In this document: positions 57,630-64,000 of the stretch, one piece after another
Layout of the letters: every line of letters starts with the position of its first letter
How positions within the stretch are numbered: the first letter of the stretch is position 1
Origin: Bacilli bacterium
Lineage (GTDB): Bacteria; Bacillota_I; Bacilli_A; RF39; UBA660
Assembly (NCBI GenBank): GCA_022798795.1
Contig: JAAWNF010000002.1
Coordinates: 1,871-65,870, forward strand
Reading direction: 5' to 3'
DNA: 64,000 bases
Notes under the pieces: generated by a model
Database searches by the model: none
Seen by the model: the letters and a program-made list of their open reading frames with translations, nothing else
Told to the model about the DNA's origin: nothing
Program-made: the position numbers and the translations under genes

Positions 57630-59228
57630 TCACGAAATAACCTCTACATCTAGATTTATTTTATACGCTATTGGTTCAAATAACGATTCAAATTCTAATA
57701 AGTTATTTCGATTTATAATATGACATTTAATTTTCTTTTTGATATTATATAAATAATAAATATAGTATTTATCATCCTCTTTCATTTTCTCTAATTCCCG
57801 ATTAGTAAGATAGAAAGCTACTGTTTTAGAACTATTTCCTGAATTTGTTTTTACTTCTATATGAATTTCTTGCCCATGAATATCAAAAGAATCGATATCA
57901 TATCCTGCTGCATCATTTGGATTTTTTGCGACTTGAGAAGCTAATTTTTCTAATCCAGCATCTATTAATTTTTTCTTTTCATAATTTAGGACCGCTGTTT
58001 CTCCCCTATCTCCAATATCTTTTTTATTCCGATTCATTTTTTCATAATCAGTATCTCTAGACCGAATGCGTTCTTTTTTTTCTGCTTCATGTATTCCTAG
58101 ATAATGAAAATTTACAAATTCAAAATCATAATCCAATTCTCCGTTCACAGTATGTTCTATTTCTAGTTCATGCGCGAAAGTATCATATAAAAAAATTACA
58201 AAATAGTAATCAGATATTTCCTTTAACAATGGATGATTTTCTTTCCACTCTTTTAATAATAATTTTTTCTTTTCAGCGGTATTATATTTATATATATCAT
58301 AATGAATCTCTAAAGCATTTAAGAATTTGTCCACATCTTCTTCTTTAAAAATTCCTAAATAACTATCTGGATAATAAGTAGTTAGTATTTTGCTTCTTAC
58401 AGTAGGAGCAAAAGAAGAGTTTGCGATTTCTTCATAACTATGGTTATTGCCATTAATAATTAAAGAAATTAGTTCCTGTTTTAGATTTGAAAAAGCCTCT
58501 TCTATGGTCACTCCATAAGGTTTGTTCCAGTCATAGTGCTGTGTTTTTTTATCATACCAAAATCCAAACTTTGTAACATTGGCCCCTCTTGCTTCTCCTA
58601 ATTTTTGAAGCTTTCGTTCTAATATATAACAAAAGCTATTTCTTCCTGTCTCACTTGTTTCTGCTTTTCCCATAACATAATCATCATAATCCATATTTTT
58701 AATAAATGGAATTGTAAATTTTTTGATAAACTCTTCTCTTACCTTTAAATCAGTTTCTATTCTTATCAAAAACTCATTTGGATTATTTTTTTCTAAATAT
58801 TCTTTTATTTTTTTATTTAATTGAACTTCTTTTTTCCGTTTTGGATGTAACATCATTTCATATAGTTTTTTTCCTGCTTTTTCTTCTAATCGGTGTGTAG
58901 AACGAAATTGGTTGATATATTTTTTACACTCATCATAAGTAATAAATGGCTCATTACATTCAAATTTTATGAATTGGACATCAACAGAATTTTTTTGGTG
59001 ACAATATTCTTCTGGTTTTCCATAATAAATATATGGATTTGTCATGACTTCACCCGTTGCATAAATACCCGCAGTTTCTAAACTTCTCTCTTTTCCAATA
59101 TAAAAAAATACAATATCTCTTGGTTTCATTTCTTTGGTAGCAAGTACTGTTTCTATATGTCCTTCCTTTTTTACTTCTTCTAGCATATTCCATATTTCTA
59201 GGTTTATCAGCGATAAAAAATAATTCAT
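57630..59228 (-). CDS. EVE-domain protein fused to a C-terminal PD-(D/E)xK nuclease (DUF3883). A candidate modification-dependent (type IV) restriction enzyme.
   Basis: The N-terminus MNYFLSL...RDIVFFYIGKE...AGIYATGEV matches the EVE/PUA-like fold. The C-terminus GDRGE...GYDIDSF...IEVKT matches DUF3883 with D...E-x-K. Confidence 0.55.
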   Translation of the reverse strand: MNYFLSLINLEIWNMLEEVKKEGHIETVLATKEMKPRDIVFFYIGKERSLETAGIYATGEVMTNPYIYYGKPEEYCHQKNSVDVQFIKFECNEPFITYDECKKYINQFRSTHRLEEKAGKKLYEMMLHPKRKKEVQLNKKIKEYLEKNNPNEFLIRIETDLKVREEFIKKFTIPFIKNMDYDDYVMGKAETSETGRNSFCYILERKLQKLGEARGANVTKFGFWYDKKTQHYDWNKPYGVTIEEAFSNLKQELISLIINGNNHSYEEIANSSFAPTVRSKILTTYYPDSYLGIFKEEDVDKFLNALEIHYDIYKYNTAEKKKLLLKEWKENHPLLKEISDYYFVIFLYDTFAHELEIEHTVNGELDYDFEFVNFHYLGIHEAEKKERIRSRDTDYEKMNRNKKDIGDRGETAVLNYEKKKLIDAGLEKLASQVAKNPNDAAGYDIDSFDIHGQEIHIEVKTNSGNSSKTVAFYLTNRELEKMKEDDKYYIYYLYNIKKKIKCHIINRNNLLEFESLFEPIAYKINLDVEVIS

Positions 59229-59471
59229 AGTATCCCTCACTCTTTACTACATTATAACATACTTATAAAGAAAAACTACCAAATGGTAGTATTAATTATT
59301 TTGTATCGATTTTAAATATAATGATTTATAATAAATATTTGTTTTCAATAATTCCTCATTCTTTCCATTTTTACTTCACACTCCAATATGACTTTTTTTC
59401 TTATTATTGTATCATAAGAAATTATTTTTTGATATCGTTTCTTTTTGTTTTATATATCAAAAAAGCACTAC

Positions 59472-59729
59472 TTAATGAGTACTTTTTACGATATGAGCTG
59501 TAATAATTGTATAGCTATGGAAATGGATTGTAATTCTTATGTTATCTATTTCACAGTACCAATTTTTCCCTTGTTTATAAATATAACTTTTATTATTTTT
59601 AATCATTTGCTTGCAATAACAAACTGCATCTTCTTTTAGATTTAGATTTTTTTCTATTCTCAGTTTCCCCATTTCTGTTGTATGAAGTTTTTCAATATTT
59701 TGCAATAATATATTCTTATCATTTTTCAT
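59472..59729 (-). CDS. DUF3781-like small protein
   Basis: 85-aa ORF with GKNWY. Confidence 0.4.
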   Translation of the reverse strand: MKNDKNILLQNIEKLHTTEMGKLRIEKNLNLKEDAVCYCKQMIKNNKSYIYKQGKNWYCEIDNIRITIHFHSYTIITAHIVKSTH

Positions 59730-60471
59730 GGTTTATCAATTTTTCAAAAGAGTTGGCATTTAATATTGTATTTGATACAAATTTTCCTTTATAAAAATTA
59801 GCCCAATTTTGAAAGACACATGGAACTTCTTTTGCTCTTTCTAAAGTGTCTATTTTTACAAAATGGATAGGAACATGGTTTTCTTTTGAATACTCTGTTA
59901 ATTCTTTTATTTCATATTCTACATAGGGACATCCTGGACTATAGTAAATTGTGAACATATCCTCTTCTATTTTCATTTGTTTTGCTGAAGCGTTAAATTT
60001 TGGCGTTTCTTCGTTATTAAAGGAGAGCGCTAATAATTCATAATCCTCTATTTCATCTACTACTTGAAAACCATAGTGAAGATAAAACTTTTTTTCTCCA
60101 ATAAATGGTTTTTTCTTTTTTGAAGTTAAAGTACAGATACCACTCATTCCTTTTTCTTTGGAATCTTCAATTGCATATTCTAATAATTCTTTTGCAATTC
60201 CTTTTCCTTTAAAACTTCCTGCCACCCATAGGCAATAGATATATTGATACTTTTTCCCACTGATTGGTACCCATGCTGTTTCAATGGGTTCATATTCAAT
60301 AAATGTTTTTCCTCTGGCATTTAATTTCCTAAATACATGACCATCTTTTAATTTGCTTTTTATCCATTCTTTTTTGCTATCTACACCATTTTGATGCTTT
60401 TTATCTCCTATTGCACAACATAAATGTTCGCTATCGATATTTTCTAGTGTTAAATTGATATATTCATTCAT
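59719..60471 (-). CDS. GNAT N-acetyltransferase with a C-terminal YoaP-like domain
   Basis: N-terminal EHLCCAI YoaP signature and a GNAT core. Confidence 0.6.
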   Translation of the reverse strand: MNEYINLTLENIDSEHLCCAIGDKKHQNGVDSKKEWIKSKLKDGHVFRKLNARGKTFIEYEPIETAWVPISGKKYQYIYCLWVAGSFKGKGIAKELLEYAIEDSKEKGMSGICTLTSKKKKPFIGEKKFYLHYGFQVVDEIEDYELLALSFNNEETPKFNASAKQMKIEEDMFTIYYSPGCPYVEYEIKELTEYSKENHVPIHFVKIDTLERAKEVPCVFQNWANFYKGKFVSNTILNANSFEKLINHEK

Positions 60472-61115
60472 TTTATTTCCGCCTTTATTTTCCTAATTGG
60501 ATGTCTAATAACTGTTCTTAATTTATTTGGTGCACATTTTCTTGGGTCGCTTAAATATATTTCATGATGAAATCTTTTCTCTGTGATATCTAATTCATAA
60601 CCTTGTTCTATCATCAATTGATGCATCAATTCTAATGTTTTGGGTTCTTCATCATAGGAACCAATATGCATACACTGAACACAAGTTCCCTCTTCATAAG
60701 TAAAAAATTCCACTTTACTATAGTCTTGTTTCTTTTTCTTTGTTGCTTCTTTGATAGCCCAGTCAAAATCTTCTTTTGTTACAAAGTCTGGCAATCGTAT
60801 CATGGAAAGGAAATGAAATGTTTCTTTTTTCTGATAATCTATAGTGTTACTTCCCTCTTGCCACCAAAGTCCTTCTAATGGAGGCACAACATAGTTGAAA
60901 AAGCCTTTTATTTGATGGGCTCCTTTGTAGCTCATTTTAATGGTAAAGGCAATTCCATATAATAGTCCAATCGACTTTTTATAGTCTCCATTTTCTTCAT
61001 TTGGATTCCCTTTTCCTTTTACTATAATGTAATTCATTTTTGGGATTTCTATAATACTTGGGGCATTTTTTGGCATATAAAATTCTTTATATTCTTTTTT
61101 ATAATCAAAAGCCAT
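60468..61115 (-). CDS. GyrI-like small-molecule binding domain protein
   Basis: 215 aa with the GyrI-like fold pattern (GLWWQEG). Confidence 0.6.
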   Translation of the reverse strand: MAFDYKKEYKEFYMPKNAPSIIEIPKMNYIIVKGKGNPNEENGDYKKSIGLLYGIAFTIKMSYKGAHQIKGFFNYVVPPLEGLWWQEGSNTIDYQKKETFHFLSMIRLPDFVTKEDFDWAIKEATKKKKQDYSKVEFFTYEEGTCVQCMHIGSYDEEPKTLELMHQLMIEQGYELDITEKRFHHEIYLSDPRKCAPNKLRTVIRHPIRKIKAEIK

Positions 61116-61181
61116 AGTATCTTCCTTTCTGTTTTTCTAACAATTATTATACTTAGTTAAATATGACAACTGATTGTCATA

Positions 61182-62075
61182 TTAAGAATATTGTTCTAGG
61201 CTTTTTCTTAATCGTTCTATGATTTCTTTTTTTACTTCTTTTGGTTCTAGTACTTTTATATGTTCTCCAAAGGAAAGAATATATCCATAAATCCAATCAT
61301 TGTATGGAAATTCTACAGATACTAAGAAATCACCATTTTCTTTCTTTTGAATAGCTGTTTCCTCAAATTCGTCATATACTCTATATGCTAAAGTTTTATC
61401 AATTTGTAAAATCAATGTTATCATTTTGGGCGGAGCATCATGCAATTCGATTTTCATATCTATGGTCCTATCGAATGTTTCTTCTAATATCATCAATTCT
61501 TTTATTCTCATAATTTTAAAGAATCGGTAATCATTTTTATCGACATCAAAACCACATAAATACCAGGAGTTATATTTAAAGCAAAGCTTTATGGGTTCTA
61601 CTTTTCTTTTGGTACAAGTTCCATAAGAGCTAAAATAAGAGAAAGTAATTACAGATTTATAGATAATCGCTTTTTTTATCATTTCAAAGCTTTCCTGATG
61701 AGTTTTAGAATTACTCCAGATAGAAAAGTCTACATCAAACCATTCTTCTTCTGTTTTGGTAAATAGATGCTTCATTTTTTCATAGGTATCGTTATTCATG
61801 ACGTGTAGCTTATTCATACCCTGTAAGGAAAATAGAATTTGGTTCTGTTCTTCTTCTGTTAATAAAGCTTTATCAAATTTATAGTTTTCTAATAGATGGA
61901 TGCCCCCATTTTTTCCTTTGCTCATATAAATTGGAATATGAAATTCGCTTAACACTTCAATATCTCTATAAATTGTTCTAGTAGATACTTCAAAATATTC
62001 TGATAATTCTTTGGCAGTTATGGTATTATTAGAAAGTAGTAAATATAATATTCCAAATAAACGATTATTTTTCAT
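61182..62075 (-). CDS. HTH-WYL (YafY-family) transcriptional regulator
   Basis: N-terminal HTH (TAKELSEYFEVSTRTIYRDIEVL) and a WYL-like middle domain. Confidence 0.75.
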   Translation of the reverse strand: MKNNRLFGILYLLLSNNTITAKELSEYFEVSTRTIYRDIEVLSEFHIPIYMSKGKNGGIHLLENYKFDKALLTEEEQNQILFSLQGMNKLHVMNNDTYEKMKHLFTKTEEEWFDVDFSIWSNSKTHQESFEMIKKAIIYKSVITFSYFSSYGTCTKRKVEPIKLCFKYNSWYLCGFDVDKNDYRFFKIMRIKELMILEETFDRTIDMKIELHDAPPKMITLILQIDKTLAYRVYDEFEETAIQKKENGDFLVSVEFPYNDWIYGYILSFGEHIKVLEPKEVKKEIIERLRKSLEQYS

Positions 62076-62117
62076 GCTATCACCATATTCATTATATCAT
62101 CAAATGTTAAATTTCTT

Positions 62118-62150
62118 CTAGTCAGTAAAAAAGCAGATACTTTTTCTATA
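62118..62150 (-). terminator. Intrinsic terminator
   Basis: AGCAGAU...AUCUGCU hairpin plus UUUUUU on the minus strand. Confidence 0.5.
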
Positions 62151-62172
62151 TCTGCTTCTATTAAAAATCAAT

Positions 62173-62544
62173 TTATAATTGTTTTCCTATTTTTTTTAAA
62201 TATCTTTTTTCTGCATCACAAGCTTTTTGTTCACTTTCTTCAGTATGCCATTCATAGGTTCTACCTAAATAAGAATAAACTTCATAAGCATGTGTATATT
62301 CGTGAATGTTAACACATAAAGATTTCACATCATAAATAATTGGAATAACCATTCTAATATCTATTAAAGTTCCATTTTCTCCTATCATTGGAAATACTCC
62401 CCATTCAAAATCTTCAACTGATAGTGGTAATCTTTTGATTTTTCCTTTCATAAAGGTAAAAAACTCTTGGTTTTTAATTCCTTCTTCTTCTAAAACGGCA
62501 TTTAATTCTTTTTGCCAATCTTTTATATTTGTTTTGTCTAGCAT
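62173..62544 (-). CDS. Hypothetical small protein with an HExxH-like motif (IHEYTHAYE)
   Basis: The probable start MLDKTNIK lies 4 nt downstream of the zinc-ribbon gene stop. Confidence 0.4.
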   Translation of the reverse strand: MLDKTNIKDWQKELNAVLEEEGIKNQEFFTFMKGKIKRLPLSVEDFEWGVFPMIGENGTLIDIRMVIPIIYDVKSLCVNIHEYTHAYEVYSYLGRTYEWHTEESEQKACDAEKRYLKKIGKQL

Positions 62545-62548
62545 ATTC

Positions 62549-62881
62549 CTATTTTTCTGTACAATGACATTCTGGATTGGTGCAAGTACAATTTGGATTA
62601 TATCCACTAGCACATTCCTCTGTACAAGTACATTTCCATCTTTTTAAAGTAGGGAACAGTTTTTCACAGTATTTTTTCATTTCTTCATTGGTCATTCCTG
62701 CTTGCTCTCCATATTTTGAACACATAAGAATATATTCTTCCATTGAAACTTTATCTATAAATTCCCCTTTTTCAAAGCAAAATTTACAGTAATCTATATT
62801 GATACTTCCATCTTTATTTCTACCCAATTGTTCCTTTGATTCTATAGGCATTCCGCAACTTTGACATATTTTATACTCCAT
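62549..62881 (-). CDS. Putative zinc-ribbon domain protein with a Cys-rich C-terminal tail
   Basis: N-terminus MEYKICQSCGMPI...DYCKFCF...LKRW. C-terminal CTCTEECASGYNPNCTCTNPECHCTEK. Confidence 0.65.
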   Translation of the reverse strand: MEYKICQSCGMPIESKEQLGRNKDGSINIDYCKFCFEKGEFIDKVSMEEYILMCSKYGEQAGMTNEEMKKYCEKLFPTLKRWKCTCTEECASGYNPNCTCTNPECHCTEK

Positions 62882-62915
62882 TTTATTTCTCCTTTTACTG
62901 TTTGGTTTTTACAAA

Positions 62916-63245
62916 TTAACGACAATTTTGATGTCTATTATGTCCACCATTATGATGTCCTCCACCATGGTATTGATATCCATTAGATTGATACCCCTGA
63001 TGATTTGTTTGATTACAGTCTGGATAATTGCAATTAGAGTGGTACTCTGTGTGATTTGTTTGATTGCAATTTGGATAGTTACAATTCGCATGATATTCTT
63101 CATGATGATAAGTGTTATTATAAACTTCTTCTTATTCTACACTTGCATTTTCTACTCTTCTAGGACAATCTTGTATATATGCATATACTCTTTCTGCTCC
63201 AAAAATAAGAGAAAGAGCTCCTACTACAAATAAAATCTTTTTCAT
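62916..63245 (-). pseudogene. Secreted His/Cys/Asn-rich tandem-repeat peptide interrupted by a single in-frame TAA (63132-63134). A pseudogene, a sequencing error, or a readthrough candidate.
   Basis: I verified the frame codon by codon. It reads MKKILFVVGALSLIFGAERVYAYIQDCPRRVENASVE-TAA-EEVYNNTYHHEEYHANCNYPNCNQTNHTEYHSNCNYPDCNQTNHQGYQSNGYQYHGGGHHNGGHNRHQNCR*. Two roughly 17-aa repeats correspond to about 50-nt tandem DNA repeats. Confidence 0.5.
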
Positions 63246-63328
63246 ATTCTCCCTCCAATTCATTTAACTACTAATAGTATATCATATTATGAAAAATGTT
63301 TGCATAGTATAAAGCTATTATTTTCAAA

Positions 63329-63967
63329 TTAACATAAAAATTCTTCTACACATTTTTGAATTTTATCCAATTCATATCCATAAGCTTGACAGGTCTTCCA
63401 ACCATATTCTTTGGCCATTAGAATATTATTCGTGTCATCATCAATCAACAATATATTTTCAGGTAAAATATTTAAATCTTTTAATACATATTCATAAACT
63501 CTCTTATCTGGTTTTCTTAAACCTATCTCAAAAGATAAATAAACATAATCAAATTTACTCAAATCATATTGCATATCAATTCTTTTTTTATCAAAGGGAG
63601 TTAAATTGGATAGAATTGCGATTTTACACTTTTCTTTTAATGAGTGAGCATAGGCAACCACATCTTTATAATATTTTACAACTGATAATTCTTCTTCATA
63701 TACTCTTTTAAATTCATCAAATGGAATCTCAATTCCCATATTTTGTTGAACTAAATTTACCCAATCTTTGATATCTTCTATATTGTTAGAAGCACCTATT
63801 GCAATCCCTTTTGACGTTTTGTCTGTCCACCTATCTAATACTTCTTTATCTGTTAATGAACCATTAAAGCGTTTAATTACTCTTACCTTTGCTTCTTTTA
63901 AGTCTTTCCAATCATTCTCATGACTTTCTACAATTCCACCCCAATCAAAAATAATTACTTTATTCAT
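63329..63967 (-). CDS. HAD-family hydrolase
   Basis: Motif I IIFDWGGIV and motif IV LIDDDTNN. AAGGAGA SD before MNKVIIF. Confidence 0.65.
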   Translation of the reverse strand: MNKVIIFDWGGIVESHENDWKDLKEAKVRVIKRFNGSLTDKEVLDRWTDKTSKGIAIGASNNIEDIKDWVNLVQQNMGIEIPFDEFKRVYEEELSVVKYYKDVVAYAHSLKEKCKIAILSNLTPFDKKRIDMQYDLSKFDYVYLSFEIGLRKPDKRVYEYVLKDLNILPENILLIDDDTNNILMAKEYGWKTCQAYGYELDKIQKCVEEFLC

Positions 63968-64000
63968 ACAATCTATCTCCTTATATAAAAACATTATATT

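Noticed and set aside
62909-63233. Table ORFs 62909-63103 (minus) and 62928-63233 (plus)
   Set aside because: Both are out of frame with, or antisense to, the signal-peptide/His-rich repeat frame, which I verified codon by codon. They are Ile/Met-rich artefacts of the repeat DNA.
1-64000. CRISPR arrays, tRNA and rRNA genes, prophage structural genes
   Set aside because: No regularly spaced direct repeats, no tRNA cloverleaf-like conserved sequences, no rRNA-like GC-rich stretches and no phage capsid/terminase-like ORFs were seen in any intergenic or coding region.

Overview
The window is low-GC (about 28-30% by eye) and looks like chromosomal DNA from a spore-forming Firmicute (Clostridia- or Erysipelotrichia-like), given the yqfC-yqfD sporulation genes, single-chain glyQS and T-box leaders. 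Almost all genes lie on the minus strand.

The housekeeping backbone includes murC, glyQS with a Gly T-box, the yqfC-yqfD...ybeY-dgkA-cdd-era-yqzL-recO block, murT/gatD, pheST with a Phe T-box, SPFH/NfeD, pepD and fhs.

Several accessory modules are embedded in it:
- **Tad-like/sortase locus (2927-11254):** a Tad-like secretion-ATPase/platform cluster (tadC, tadB, cpaF, cpaE, two tadE-like genes) with no Flp pilin or prepilin peptidase. It is co-oriented with an SPNTG-sorting-signal surface protein and an 828-aa protein in which a C-terminal sortase B-like domain (TLSTC) is fused to a roughly 555-aa cytoplasmic domain of unknown function. I consider this the most likely undescribed system.
- **Small-gene family (three copies):** a roughly 300-nt structured small-gene element, each copy with a TGTATAAT-type promoter, a strong SD and a 23-29 aa ORF, and co-varying 5'/3' end complementarity. 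All copies sit at convergent-gene terminator regions.
- **Candidate defence islet:** a YhcG nuclease plus an EVE-PD-(D/E)xK fusion, which looks like a modification-dependent restriction enzyme.
- **Other modules:** an Rpn-family nuclease insertion, a MATE/cytidylate-kinase-like fusion, and two-component-system/ABC detox modules.
- **Metal-binding-like pair:** a secreted His/Cys-rich repeat peptide interrupted by an in-frame TAA, next to a zinc-ribbon protein with a similar Cys tail.

No rRNA, tRNA or CRISPR array was seen.
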